64,000 bases of DNA from an uncultured Acidobacteriota bacterium (GCA_963827655.1 CAWHCF010000052.1:32001-96000), one strand, 5' to 3'. Numbered from the stretch's first letter, positions 20,391 to 31,130 are shown. Notes: generated by a model not told the origin, from the letters alone. Numbers and translations: made by a program.

Positions 20391-20960
20391 CTATTGGGGT
20401 GGGCCCGTTGGACCAGGCCTTCTCCGTGGATTGACAGGCTGAGGGCTTTTGTCCCAGAAACCCTTCTTGCTTTCGTATTGCGGTTCGTTGCCCAGCAACT
20501 TCATGCTGATTTTACCCAGGATTCTCTTTTCGAAGACTCCTATTGATTCCAGGGGAAGCCATTTCTCCGTGCTGTCGAGATCCCGGTTGAGCCCCTCCAT
20601 CTTGGTCAGAACTGTAACCATAGTCTCGGTGGCGCTTACGATATCAAGCACCACTTCGGCGGAATAGCGCGCCTTCATCCACTGGCCACTGACCGTGTCC
20701 TTCTTGATAGCGACTTTGTCTACTTCTACCGAGGTCAGCGATCCGGTAATGAATTCGACCGGCTTCGTCAATATCTTACCGCCCGCACGGTCCTCCAACT
20801 GAATACTGAAATCCATCTCCTCCAGGACGCCGCGCGCGACCCTCCATACAATGTCAAACTTTGCCACAAATTTTACGGGATCCGGAAGCTCGGTTTTCTG
20901 AGGAAGGGCAGAGAGCGTGGGCGCCAGGAGTAAGGCTAACAAGACCAGCATACTTCGCAT
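20391..20960 (-). CDS. exported hypothetical protein
   Basis: signal peptide, SD AAGGAA, co-oriented with neighbouring genes. Confidence 0.7.
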   Translation of the reverse strand: MRSMLVLLALLLAPTLSALPQKTELPDPVKFVAKFDIVWRVARGVLEEMDFSIQLEDRAGGKILTKPVEFITGSLTSVEVDKVAIKKDTVSGQWMKARYSAEVVLDIVSATETMVTVLTKMEGLNRDLDSTEKWLPLESIGVFEKRILGKISMKLLGNEPQYESKKGFWDKSPQPVNPRRRPGPTGPPQ

Positions 20961-20994
20961 GGCGCATTCCTTGATCAATGAGGCGTACGCGCAG

Positions 20995-21023
20995 ATCGTA
21001 GCATCGGGTCAACCCTAAGTCAA
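20995..21023 (-). promoter_or_regulatory. sigma70-type promoter
   Basis: TTGACT-17 bp-TACGAT on the minus strand upstream of 20960. Confidence 0.55.
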
Positions 21024-21068
21024 GGAAGGTGCCCGTCGTGCACGCTGGATCGCGCCGCCCAGGCGTGG

Positions 21069-22091
21069 CTAGTGTCTCATCCCTTTTTGATACTGAGCCA
21101 CGGCCCGTGAATGAGACTCGAAGTCCCGCGAGAATTCGTGGGTGCCGTCGTTGCGCGAGACAAAGAAAAGATAATCCGTTCTGGGTGGCGCCAGGGCGGC
21201 CCTTAAGGACTCGGCGCCAGGATTGGCAATTGGCCCGGGCGGCAGGCCCGGATGGATGTAAGTGTTGTACGGCGAATCCATCACGAGGTCTCCCTTTCGA
21301 AGATTGCCGTTGTATTTTCCGGCGAGTTTCAGGGCGTAGATCAGAGTGGGATCGCAGGCCAGCGGCATTCCTTTCTCGAGCCGGTTGGTCAGCACTGACG
21401 CGACCAGGCCGCGTTCGGCCTCCAGGTTGGTCTCCTTCTCCACCATCGAAGCGAGGGTAACGATGGAAGAAACGCTCCCTCCTTGCGTAAGAGGTAACTC
21501 CGCAACCAGCTTGCCCAGGACTTCGCGAAACCGCTCCACCATCGCTCGCAGGATGTGTTCGGAGGTGACGTGCCGCGAGAAGCGGTAGGTTTCGGGAAAG
21601 AGATAGCCCTCGAGATCCCGGGCCTGGGAATCCAGCTCCTGGATCCAATCGGTTCGGCGAAGGGCGTTCTCCATTTCACGAAGATCTCCCAGCCCGCTCC
21701 GGGCGATCCATGCGATGGTTTCCCGCGCCGTCATCCCTTCGGGAATGGTGATGGAGAGAAAGAAAACGTCGCCGCGAATCAGCTTATCGGCAATCTCAAT
21801 CGGGGTAGCGGGAGAGTCGAAGCGATATTCGCCGGCTTGAAGGCGCCGGCCTGCGCCAGTCTGTCGAAGATGGAGAATGAAAGGAAGCCGATGACGGAGA
21901 ATGCCGGCATCCGTCAGCATGGTAGCAATTGCGGCGCTGCTAGCGCCGCGAGGGATATCGACAAAGGCTTCGGGGGCGCCGGCCCCATAATATGGCGTGC
22001 GCAGCTCCGAGCGGATCCACCAGAAGGCGAGCCCTGCCGCTGCAATAGGAACGATAAGACCGATAAGACATCCCAACAACCAGCGTCTCAC
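21069..22091 (-). CDS. mltG: endolytic transglycosylase MltG
   Basis: LQAGEY, TIPEG, LEGYLFPETY, LASMVEKE, SPYNTY..GLPPGPIANPG. Confidence 0.95.
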   Translation of the reverse strand: MRRWLLGCLIGLIVPIAAAGLAFWWIRSELRTPYYGAGAPEAFVDIPRGASSAAIATMLTDAGILRHRLPFILHLRQTGAGRRLQAGEYRFDSPATPIEIADKLIRGDVFFLSITIPEGMTARETIAWIARSGLGDLREMENALRRTDWIQELDSQARDLEGYLFPETYRFSRHVTSEHILRAMVERFREVLGKLVAELPLTQGGSVSSIVTLASMVEKETNLEAERGLVASVLTNRLEKGMPLACDPTLIYALKLAGKYNGNLRKGDLVMDSPYNTYIHPGLPPGPIANPGAESLRAALAPPRTDYLFFVSRNDGTHEFSRDFESHSRAVAQYQKGMRH

Positions 22092-22508
22092 TTAGTTCGC
22101 TCTCAGAAACCTTTCCAGAATAAAGGCCGCTGCGAGGGAATCGACCGTGCGGTACTTCCGCTGTTGTCGGGGACGCATTTCGTTCCACACCTCCTGGGCC
22201 TCGACGGTGGAAAGCCGCTCATCAACACCGCTGAGAGGCAATCCCAGTTCCTGTCGTAAGGCCGCCATAAAGCGCTCGACGCGGTTCGCAGAGTCACCGA
22301 AACTGCCATCCATATTCCGGGGTATCCCGACGACCAGGGACTGAATACGATTCTCTTCAATGACGGTTCTCAGTCTGGCGATGAGGTTTCGGCGACCGGT
22401 GTTTGGAATCGAAGCAAGAGGGCGCACCGTGACGCCCAGTTCGTCACAACACGCCAGCCCCACGTTCTTGGTGCCGTAATCCAGCGCGAGAACCTTTCCG
22501 CAGTGCAC
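22092..22508 (-). CDS. ruvX: YqgF/RuvX pre-16S rRNA nuclease
   Basis: LALDYGTKNVGLA, VVGIP.NMDG, DERLST, VDSLAAAFILE. Confidence 0.93.
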   Translation of the reverse strand: MHCGKVLALDYGTKNVGLACCDELGVTVRPLASIPNTGRRNLIARLRTVIEENRIQSLVVGIPRNMDGSFGDSANRVERFMAALRQELGLPLSGVDERLSTVEAQEVWNEMRPRQQRKYRTVDSLAAAFILERFLRAN

Positions 22509-22580
22509 TGACTCATTGGAACATATCGGTCACAACCCGTCAAGGCGGGCGCACGCAAGCGCTCCGTCTGATGTTTTTGG

Positions 22581-22621
22581 TCGGCAAATTGATTGCCGAG
22601 GGTTTAACCCTCCTATATAAT
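22581..22621 (+). promoter_or_regulatory. sigma70 promoter overlapped by two palindromic operator-like sites
   Basis: TTGCCG-17 bp-TATAAT; TCGGCAA-N5-TTGCCGA (22581-22599) and GAGGGTT-T-AACCCTC (22598-22612). Confidence 0.6.
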
Positions 22622-22655
22622 TCATCCGGTTTAAATACGGTTAGTGGGAGGAACG

Positions 22656-23913
22656 ATGTTCCACAAAGGCAAACTGGCTGTCTTCCTGGGCTCGGCGCTC
22701 ATTGTTCTCTACGGCGTGTCGGCGGCGTTCTACGGAAAGGTTGTGGCCAAAGATGAGGCTTACCGCGAGCTCACGGTGTTCATGGACGCTCTCCAGAAAA
22801 TTAGCAGTGATTACGTGGAGCCGCCCGATCTAAAGAGACTCCAGGAAGGCGCCATGCGGGGTTTGGTCGAAGCTCTCGATCCTTACAGCAGCTTCCTCTC
22901 CAAGGAACAGGCAGACGCCTTGAAGACCAGGCAGGCGAAGGGCGCCGCGGGAATTGGAGTGGTTCTGTCGAAGAGGGCAGACCTGATCTATGCCGTATCG
23001 GTTCAACACAACGGCCCGGCTGACCAGGCCGGCGTCCGTCCCGGCGATTACGTTGTGGCAGTTGACGGCACCGGTACCGAGGATCAAAGCATTCCGGAAG
23101 TGGAAAGCCTGATGCGCGGGCCTGAAGGCTCCAACGTGAAGATTACGGTGTTCCGGAGCTCCCGCTCCAAGCCTGTGGATATCGAAGTCAGTCGCAAACT
23201 GGATTCGCCTGCGTCGGTTGAGTCGCGTATGCTTGACGGAAATATCGGGCTGCTGGAAGCCTCGTCACTCAGCACAACATCGATCGACCAGATTCGGGTC
23301 AAGCTGAAGACGCTGATTTCGGCCGGCGCTCAGAAGCTGCTTTTGGATCTCCGTGATTGCGCCGAGGGTAAACCCTCAGAAGGCGCTGAGCTGGCAAACT
23401 TCTTCGTTCGCGAAGGCGTACTCTACTACAGCCAGAATCGCCGGGGGGAGAAAGTGGAAGAAGTAAAGGCAAACCCCGAAAAGTTCATTTCCGAACTTCC
23501 ACTGGTCGTCTTGATGAATTACTCGACTGCAGGAGCCGCCGAAGTTGCTATTGGAGCCCTCAAGGACCACAAGCGAGCGGTACTCGTCGGGGACAAATCA
23601 TTTGGAGTAGGTTCCTCTCAGACGCAGATTGCCTTGAAGAGCGGCGCGCTGCCTTATCATATCCCACGCAAAGATCTATACGCCTAATGGCAAGATCATC
23701 CAGGATGAGACGACGCGCAATACGGGCATCAAGCCCGATATTCAGTCTCCCGGTGACGAACGCCATCAAGACCTCCTGGTCGAAGCCTATTACGACGAAC
23801 ACGAAGACTCGGCAAAATACAGAAAGCTGCGCGAAAAGATCAGCCAGGAGCAGTTCCAAACCGCGATCGAGGTATTGAGCAAGGGCCAGGTTCCCGTGAA
23901 GCGTGCCGCGTAG
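22656..23913 (+). CDS. S41/CtpA-family PDZ protein, catalytic residues substituted (frameshift near 23655)
   Basis: DYVEP..GAMRGLVEALDPYS, PDZ domain, LLLDLRD; the shifted frame continues TAKIYTPNGKIIQ..GIKPD to TAG at 23913. Confidence 0.8.
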
Positions 23914-23985
23914 TGGCGTTCTCGCATGGCCTCCTTCGTGTTCCGCAGCGTCACCGCGACCAAGCCGAGATTCGGATGAATCGTA

Positions 23986-24015
23986 TTGACACTATTTCGG
24001 CCTTTTTGGTAGTCT
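23986..24015 (+). promoter_or_regulatory. promoter for tRNA-Val / thrS operon
   Basis: TTGACA-18 bp-TAGTCT with an extended TG. Confidence 0.55.
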
Positions 24016-24030
24016 AAGTCCTTATTTTTT

Positions 24031-24105
24031 AGGCGCGTAGCTCAGGGGGAGAGCACTTCCTTGACACGGAAGGGGTCAGCGGTTCAAATCCGCTCGCGCC
24101 TACCA
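24031..24105 (+). tRNA. tRNA-Val (GAC)
   Basis: acceptor stem AGGCGCG/CGCGCCT, anticodon arm CTTCC-TTGACAC-GGAAG, T-loop GGTTCAAATCC, encoded CCA. Confidence 0.97.
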
Positions 24106-24265
24106 AAGACAGCCCGCGCTTCAAGAGCGAGTATTTGGGCAGCAATTCTAATGAACGCCACGCGGCAAATCCAACTTGATCTTCCCACCGCATTCACTTT
24201 TTGATGCTAAGGAATTGAGTGTCGACCGCAGTCTCTGGAACAGAGCAGAGGCCGATTCTTGAACT

Positions 24266-26062
24266 ATGGGACTTAAAATTCGATATGCCGACGGAAAGGT
24301 CGGCGACGTAGTCGATCCGGGCGACGCTCTCGAAATCTACCGCCACAGCGCCTCGCATTTGATGGCTGCTGCGGTGAACAGCCTCTTTCCCGGCACCCAT
24401 CTTGGGATCGGTCCCGCGATCAGCGACGGTTTTTTCTATGACTTTGAGCGAGCGGAGAGCTTTGTCGAGGAAGATCTGAAAAAGATCGAAGAGCGGATGA
24501 AGGCGCTGGTAAGGGAAGACCTCCCCTACGAACCTTCGATCATTTCAAAGTCCGAAGCTATCGACTACTTCTCACGACTGGGAGAACACCTCAAGGTTGA
24601 ACTGATCCAGGAAAAGGCCGGCGAGACTCTGTCCTGCTATCGATTGGGCGATCTGGTTGACTTTTGCACCGGCCCGCACGTCTTCTCGACCGGACGCATT
24701 CATCCCGACTCGTTCCACGTTCTGAGTCTGGCCGGCTCGTACTGGAAGGGAGACGAGCGCAACGAGCGCCTGCAGCGAATCTATGGCACTGCATTCTTGA
24801 CGCCGGAGGATCTGAAGGCCTATCTGACCCAGCTCGAGGAGGCCAAGAAGCGCGACCACCGAAAACTGGGCCGCGAGCTGGATCTCTTCAGCATCTCGGA
24901 TGAAGTCGGAGCCGGACTGATTCTCTGGCACCCCAAGGGAGCCGGCATCCGGTCGATAATCGAAGACTTCCTTCGAAAAGAACTCACCCGCTCCGGCTAC
25001 GACATGGTGATCACCCCCCACATCGCGCGGAACACACTGTGGCGGACTTCCGGGCACTACGACTATTACCGGGAAAACATGTACGTGCTGGACATCGATG
25101 ACGAAGAGTTCGTGCTCAAGCCGATGAACTGCCCGGGGCACATTCAGATTTATCAATCCAGGATGCGGAGTTACCGGGATCTGCCCCTGCGATTCGCCGA
25201 GTTCGGCACCGTCTATCGATACGAGAAGAGCGGCGTCCTCCACGGGATGCTGCGTGTGCGCGGTTTCACGCAAGATGACGCCCATCTGTTCACGACCCGC
25301 GAGCAAGTTTACGACGAGATCTCGGCCTGTCTGGATCTGGTGCTGCTGGTCATGAAAAGCTTCGGCTTCGACAAATACAACGTGGAGCTCTCAGTCCGCG
25401 ACGAGAACAAGAAGGGGAATTACGCCGGGAGCGAAGAGGATTGGCAAATGGCCGAAGCGGCGCTGATGCAGGCGATGCGCGCCAAGAACATGGACTGGAC
25501 CCGGATGGAGGGTGAAGCGGTATTCTATGGGCCGAAAATCGACGTCAAGCTGATCGACGCCATAGGTCGCCCATGGCAATTGTCGACCGTGCAGTTCGAC
25601 TTCACCTTGCCCAAGCGATTCGAACTGGCCTACATCGGCCCCGACGGCCAGCCTCACCAGCCCGTCATGCTCCACCGGGCTCTGCTTGGGTCCGTGGAGC
25701 GTTTCATGGGGGTACTCATCGAACACTATGCCGGCGCGTTTCCGATCTGGCTGGCTCCGGTCCAGGTCGTGCTCATACCCATTTCAGAACGGCATCAAGA
25801 GCACGCGCGCGCGGTCAAGCAAAAGCTTCAGGCCGCCGGACTGCGAGTGAAACTCGACGATCGAAGCGAAAAGATGGGTTATAAGATTCGCGAAGCTCAA
25901 ACTCAGAAGATTCCCTATATGCTGGTGATCGGCGATAAGGAGATCGAATCGGGACAAGTCTCGGTGCGGAATCGCTTCAATGGTGACGAGGGGAGTGAAC
26001 AGCTGGACAGCTTTACCAAAAAGGTTGCGGAATTGGTAGAAACCAGGGCGGTACGGCCCTGA
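24266..26062 (+). CDS. thrS: threonine--tRNA ligase (no N-terminal TGS domain)
   Basis: HSASHLMA, DFCTGPH, RDHRKLG, KPMNCPGH, RVRGFTQDDAH, FYGPKID. Confidence 0.97.
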   Translation: MGLKIRYADGKVGDVVDPGDALEIYRHSASHLMAAAVNSLFPGTHLGIGPAISDGFFYDFERAESFVEEDLKKIEERMKALVREDLPYEPSIISKSEAIDYFSRLGEHLKVELIQEKAGETLSCYRLGDLVDFCTGPHVFSTGRIHPDSFHVLSLAGSYWKGDERNERLQRIYGTAFLTPEDLKAYLTQLEEAKKRDHRKLGRELDLFSISDEVGAGLILWHPKGAGIRSIIEDFLRKELTRSGYDMVITPHIARNTLWRTSGHYDYYRENMYVLDIDDEEFVLKPMNCPGHIQIYQSRMRSYRDLPLRFAEFGTVYRYEKSGVLHGMLRVRGFTQDDAHLFTTREQVYDEISACLDLVLLVMKSFGFDKYNVELSVRDENKKGNYAGSEEDWQMAEAALMQAMRAKNMDWTRMEGEAVFYGPKIDVKLIDAIGRPWQLSTVQFDFTLPKRFELAYIGPDGQPHQPVMLHRALLGSVERFMGVLIEHYAGAFPIWLAPVQVVLIPISERHQEHARAVKQKLQAAGLRVKLDDRSEKMGYKIREAQTQKIPYMLVIGDKEIESGQVSVRNRFNGDEGSEQLDSFTKKVAELVETRAVRP

Positions 26063-26108
26063 GGCCGGCGCGAATTGCCGGTTGACACGCTTCCAAAGGA
26101 GGTTCCCA

Positions 26109-26663
26109 ATCAAACAAATACGGGTTCGGGTTAACGAAATGATCCGGGCTAAGGAAGTCCGCGTGGTTGACGAGGAAGGGGGACAGGTTGGAATCATGAC
26201 TCCTGAACAGGCCCTGGCGGTGGCCCAGGAGCGCAACCTGGATCTTGTGGAGGTCGCCCCGTCGGCCAATCCCCCGGTTTGCCGGATCATGAATTACGGC
26301 AAATTTCAGTACCAGAAGAGCAAGCGGGCTCACGAAGCGCGCAAGCATCAGAAACAAGTGGTGCTCAAAGAGGTCAAGTTCAGGCCGAAGACCGAGGAGC
26401 ACGATTACCAGTTCAAGAAAAACAATATCGTGCGGTTCCTTGGAGAAGGGAATAAGGCTAAAGCAACCGTCGTGTTCCGCGGGAGAGAAATGACCCACCA
26501 GGAAATCGGTCGCAGGCTGATGGAGCGATTGGTGAACGATCTAAAGGAAATCGCCGAGGTCGAGAGGCCGCCGAAGATGGAGGGTTATAGTCTCGTGACT
26601 ATATTCATGCCCAAGAAGATCGGCACTCACGCCGGGGGCATCGTGACAGGAGAAGTTCAGTGA
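26109..26663 (+). CDS. infC: translation initiation factor IF-3 (non-canonical ATC start)
   Basis: [33 protein letters not shown]; SD AAAGGAGG 6 nt before an in-frame ATC. Confidence 0.93.
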   Translation: MKQIRVRVNEMIRAKEVRVVDEEGGQVGIMTPEQALAVAQERNLDLVEVAPSANPPVCRIMNYGKFQYQKSKRAHEARKHQKQVVLKEVKFRPKTEEHDYQFKKNNIVRFLGEGNKAKATVVFRGREMTHQEIGRRLMERLVNDLKEIAEVERPPKMEGYSLVTIFMPKKIGTHAGGIVTGEVQ

Positions 26664-26854
26664 GAAAACGCAAGACGAGCAAGAGTGCGGCCAAGCGGTT
26701 CAAAGTGACTGGCACCGGAAAAATTCTGCGCCGGCACAGTCATGCCCGGCACATATTGACCAAGAAGTCCCGCAGACGGGTTCGAAAGTTGACTTCCGTG
26801 GCACTGGTGAGCCGGGCGGACAAGCCCCGTTTGAAAAAAATGTTAAACATCTAA
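26660..26854 (+). CDS. rpmI: 50S ribosomal protein L35
   Basis: [23 protein letters not shown]. Confidence 0.95.
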   Translation: MRKRKTSKSAAKRFKVTGTGKILRRHSHARHILTKKSRRRVRKLTSVALVSRADKPRLKKMLNI

Positions 26855-26936
26855 TCCTGGTGCAGTCGCATCCTGGGGTCCATGGGAATAACCAGAATGA
26901 GAGGCGAAGCGCATCGGGTGAATCAGAGGTAAAGCA

Positions 26937-27299
26937 ATGCCGAGAGTGAGACGAGGAAACAAGCGGGTCCAGCGGCGAAAGAAGATCCTGAAGCTGGCCA
27001 AGGGATTTCGCCTGACCAAGAGTAAGTTGCACAGGTCGGCAAAGGAGTCGGTAGATCGCGCGCTCAGGTTTGCCTATCGCGACCGGCGCACCAAGAAGCG
27101 CGACTTCCGGCGGCTTTGGGTCATTCGCGTGGCGGCCGCGGCTCGACAAAACAATTTGTCGTACAGCAAATTCATGAGCGGCTTGAAAAAAGCCAGCGTC
27201 GCGATTGACCGCAAGATTCTCGCCGACATAGCGGTCCGAGATCCCGAAACTTTCAGCCGCCTGAGTGAAACCGCCAAAGCGGCGCTGACCGCGGCCTGA
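26937..27299 (+). CDS. rplT: 50S ribosomal protein L20
   Basis: [26 protein letters not shown]. Confidence 0.97.
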   Translation: MPRVRRGNKRVQRRKKILKLAKGFRLTKSKLHRSAKESVDRALRFAYRDRRTKKRDFRRLWVIRVAAAARQNNLSYSKFMSGLKKASVAIDRKILADIAVRDPETFSRLSETAKAALTAA

Positions 27300-27328
27300 C
27301 CGATTGTTGTGACACCCGATTATCAAAC

Positions 27329-27362
27329 CGCCCGGCGCGCTGCGAGGCCGGGCGTTTTTGTT
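27329..27362 (+). terminator. intrinsic terminator after rplT
   Basis: CGCCCGGC/GCCGGGCG stem followed by TTTTTGTT. Confidence 0.65.
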
Positions 27363-27399
27363 CTATTCATCGCGAAGAGAGCCGAAGTTGGAAACCGCC

Positions 27400-28455
27400 A
27401 TGACTGATCCAATTGAAGATCTTCGTCAGGAATTCGAGCAGGAGCTTCAGAACGCGTTCGCGATGGAGACTTCGGCCGATAATCCCGTCTCTGTCCTCGA
27501 GCGTTTGACGAATCTCCGGAACACGTGGCTGGGCCGGGAAAAGGGGAGAGTCACGACGGCGATGAAGCTCCTCAGGGAGATGCCGAAAGAAGAACGGCCG
27601 GCGTTCGGACAGGCGATGAACCAGCTGCGCGAGGATGTGGAACAAAGATTGACCGGCGCGCTGGAAGGGTTGCGCCGCCAGGCAAAGCTGGCCGACATCG
27701 CACGAAGCCGAATCGACGTGACTCGTCCCGGCTTTCCCTTTGCCGTCGGCTTCCGGCATCCCATCAAGCAATTGCAAGCCGAGATCGAGCAGACCTTCGT
27801 CAGCATGGGTTTCAGGGTCTTTGATCTGCCGGAGATCGAAGATGAGTACCATAACTTCGAGGCGCTCAACATGCCGCGCAATCACCCGGCGCGCGATTCT
27901 CAAGACACCTTTTATCTCGATCAGTCAAAGCTGCTGCGCACCCATTGCTCCACGGTTCAAGTCCACGCAATGAAGACCATGAAGCCGCCTATCCGGGCGG
28001 TTACCACCGGCAAGTGCTACCGCAGGGACCCGGCCGACGCCACCCACTCGCCGATGTTTTACCAGCTGGATGTGCTCGCGGTCGATCGGGGAATCACGAT
28101 GGGCGATCTGAAAGGCACGCTTGAGATATTTCTCAGGAAGATCTTCCATCCGGACATCAGAATGAGACTGCGCCCGGGGTTTTTTCCCTTCGTGGAACCA
28201 GGGGCCGAGGTAGACATCAGTTGCATCTTCTGCGACGGCAAAGGCTGTCGGATTTGCAAGCAGAGCGGCTGGATCGAAATTCTGGGAGCCGGCATGGTGC
28301 ACCCCAAGGTCTTGCGCATGTCCGGCGTGGATGACGCGCGCTACAGCGGTTTCGCGTGGGGAATGGGAATCGATCGCGTTGCGATCATCAAGTACGGAGT
28401 GGACGACATCCGTCTTTTCTTCGAGAACGATCTGCGGTTCCTTGCGCAATTCTGA
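27400..28455 (+). CDS. pheS: phenylalanine--tRNA ligase alpha subunit
   Basis: HNFEALN..HPARDSQDTF, LLRTH, DATHSPMFYQ, FPFVEP, GFAWGMG. Confidence 0.97.
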   Translation: MTDPIEDLRQEFEQELQNAFAMETSADNPVSVLERLTNLRNTWLGREKGRVTTAMKLLREMPKEERPAFGQAMNQLREDVEQRLTGALEGLRRQAKLADIARSRIDVTRPGFPFAVGFRHPIKQLQAEIEQTFVSMGFRVFDLPEIEDEYHNFEALNMPRNHPARDSQDTFYLDQSKLLRTHCSTVQVHAMKTMKPPIRAVTTGKCYRRDPADATHSPMFYQLDVLAVDRGITMGDLKGTLEIFLRKIFHPDIRMRLRPGFFPFVEPGAEVDISCIFCDGKGCRICKQSGWIEILGAGMVHPKVLRMSGVDDARYSGFAWGMGIDRVAIIKYGVDDIRLFFENDLRFLAQF

Positions 28456-28460
28456 CCCCG

Positions 28461-30518
28461 ATGAAAATCAGCGTAGCCTGGCTAAGAGAGATGGTAGAGA
28501 TCCCCGAGAGCCCCGAGGAGCTGCGCGAGCCCCTTTCGAGGCTCGGCCTGGTCGTGGAGTCCCTCACCCGGCATGGCGACGATTCCGTTCTCGAAGTTGA
28601 AGTCACCTCCAATCGACCCGATTGCATGAGCCATCTCGGCATCGCGCGCGAGCTCTCGGCTTTCTATCGCCGGCCGCTCAAGAAACCGGCCGGCGGCGGC
28701 CAAGCTTCGCCTGTCCCGTGAAGTGATTCCCTGCACGATCGAGATCGAAGACCCTGGGCTTTGTCCGCGGTACACCGGACTCGTGATGGATGGAATCCGC
28801 GTGGCTCCATCTCCCGCCTGGATGCAGCGACGGCTGGAGGCAGCCGGGATGCGGCCGTTGAACAACCTCGTCGACATCACCAATTACGTGCTGCTCGAGC
28901 TCGGGCACCCTCTGCACGCTTTTGATTTCCTGCGACTGCGGGGGGAAAGATTGTGGTGGCGCGCGCCCAACCGGGACAGAAGCTGACGACGCTGGACGGC
29001 GTGGAACGGGAGCTCGACCCCGAGATGCTCATGATCAACGACGCTCAGGGACCGGTGGCCATCGGGGGCGTGATGGGCGGACTCGATTCTGAGATCACCG
29101 ATCGAACCCGCACCGTCCTGCTCGAATGCGCTTACTTTCAGCCCGCCTCGATTCGCCGGACGGCGAAAAAACTTGGCCTCGCGACCGAGGCGAGCTATCG
29201 CTTCGAAAGAGGAGCGGACTGGGATGACACGATTTCGGCCATCACGCGAGCATCCCAGCTTATTCAAGAACTCGCGGGGGGTCACGTAGCGGGGAGTCTG
29301 CGGGACATCTATCCCAGGAAACTCAGGCCAGCCAGGCTCAGGCTGCGCCGCAGTCGCGCCGAAGCCCTCCTGGGCGTGAAGTTGAAGGATAGCTTCATCG
29401 CGTCGACGCTAAGACGCCTCGGGTTCGAACCGGTCGCCAGATCTTCCGGCGTCTGGAGCGTGACCTGCCCGACCTATCGAGCCGACATGGAACTCGAGGC
29501 CGATTTGATTGAGGAGGTGGCTAGATTCCACGGTTATGACGATATCCCAGCCACTTTCCCGGGCGCCCAAACCTCCGGCCTTGCCTCACCCGTCTACCCC
29601 GTCGAAAGCGCGACCCGGGGCATTCTCCTCGGCCTTGGTTACAGCGAGAGCGTACACCTCAGCTTTGCGGGTCAAGGCGAGCACGTCGAGTTTGGAGGCA
29701 ATGACGGCGACCGCGTCGTCATCAAGAACCCACTGACGGAAGAGACCCAGTTCCTGCGCGCCACTCTGGCTTCGGGATTGGTTCGGACTGCGAAACACAA
29801 TTTCAACCACGAACAGCGGGATGTCAGGATCTTCGAGATCGGCAAGGTGTATCGGCTCGATTCGAACGGGCGTCCCAGCGAGCGTGCGGCGCTGGGAATC
29901 CTGGGGGCTGGCGATTTCGCAGGTCGTAACTGGCATCACCCGGGCGGCAGCTACGATTTTTTTCATCTGAAGGGTGTCATAGCCGCTTTGCTGCGAGGCC
30001 TGCGCAGTCTGCCCTGGGAAATGGTCCCGGCGCCGGAAGTTCCGTGGTTGAATCCGGCTAACGCCGCTGCTCTGATCATCGAGGACAGGCGGGTTGGATT
30101 TGCGGGTTCACTCCATCCCACGCTGGAAGAGCAATACAAACTGAAACAACCCGTGTTTGTGGCTGAGATTGATTTCGAGCGGCTCTCACGCAGCGTTTTT
30201 ACCCCGGTGCAATACCAGACTCTGGCCAGGTATCCCGTCGCGCAACGTGATCTCTCCGTGATCGTCTCTCGGGACATTCCGTATCGAGATCTTCGACTGG
30301 GCATTCTGAACTTGCAGATCGCGGAGCTGATGTCGGTCGATCTGGTCGACGTATATGAAGGCGAAAAGATCCCAGCCGGCAAGCTCAGCTTGACTCTGCG
30401 CTTTGTCTTCCTGGATCGCGAGAAGACCCTCACTGTTGACCGGGTTCAGAGCTTCAGTGATAATGTTGTGAATTTTCTCCGTACGAACTATGGCGCAGAG
30501 CTCCGAAGGCTGGTATGA
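28461..30518 (+). CDS. pheT: phenylalanine--tRNA ligase beta subunit (short form; frameshifts near 28690 and 28945)
   Basis: [58 protein letters not shown] spread over three frames. Confidence 0.9.
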
Positions 30519-30793
30519 GTGAGAGCGAAACCCAATGGCAACCCACAGGACTCGAGCGTTTTGCTCATCTTGAGGATAAGATCCACCGGATCGTGGAAGC
30601 GCTCAAGGGCATGCGCCACGAGACCGAGGCCCTTCGAGTCGAAAACCAGAAATTAAAAGCTGAAATCGAGAAACTGCGCAAGAAAGAATTGACCCATCAC
30701 GAGAGTCTGGCCCATCTTCAGAAGGAACGAGAAGCGTTGCGTGAACGAGTCGAGAAAGCCTTGAGCCTCCTGGCCACGGTCGAGATGCGTTAA
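30515..30793 (+). CDS. zapB: ZapB-like coiled-coil cell division protein
   Basis: LEDKI..LR.EN..L..ERE.LRERVE coiled coil; lies between pheT and zapA. Confidence 0.7.
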   Translation: MSESETQWQPTGLERFAHLEDKIHRIVEALKGMRHETEALRVENQKLKAEIEKLRKKELTHHESLAHLQKEREALRERVEKALSLLATVEMR

Positions 30794-30836
30794 GACGGGA
30801 GGCTGTTTGTGACCGGTACCTCAACGAGGACCTCCC

Positions 30837-31130
30837 ATGAGCAACGTACAACCCGCTGTTCTGAATGTCAGAATTTACGACCGGGAATATGCGCTGCGCA
30901 CGAGCGGTGATATCGAACGCTTGAGAAATCTGTGCTCGGGCCTGGACAAGCGCATGCGAGAAGCAGCCTCGCAGTCGGGATCGGTCGACACCTTGAGAGT
31001 CGCGATCCTCGCCGCCGTGAGCCTGATGGAGGATCTTGCCCGCGCGCACGAGGAACTGCGAAAAATTGACGAGTCCGTGGGCCGGCGCTCCCTGGAGTGC
31101 GTCTCGATTCTGGATCGATTCCTGAGCTGA
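30837..31130 (+). CDS. zapA: cell division protein ZapA
   Basis: VRIYDREY.L...LDKRMR...DTLRVAILAA. Confidence 0.9.
   Translation: MSNVQPAVLNVRIYDREYALRTSGDIERLRNLCSGLDKRMREAASQSGSVDTLRVAILAAVSLMEDLARAHEELRKIDESVGRRSLECVSILDRFLS

Noticed and set aside
24031-24265. tRNA-Val as an integration site, or a T-box/operator leader before thrS
   Set aside because: No integrase, no duplicated tRNA 3' end and no T-box consensus seen
28461-30518. pheT and uvrA as pseudogenes or programmed frameshifts
   Set aside because: Conserved or essential genes with several homopolymer-associated indels; sequencing error is more parsimonious
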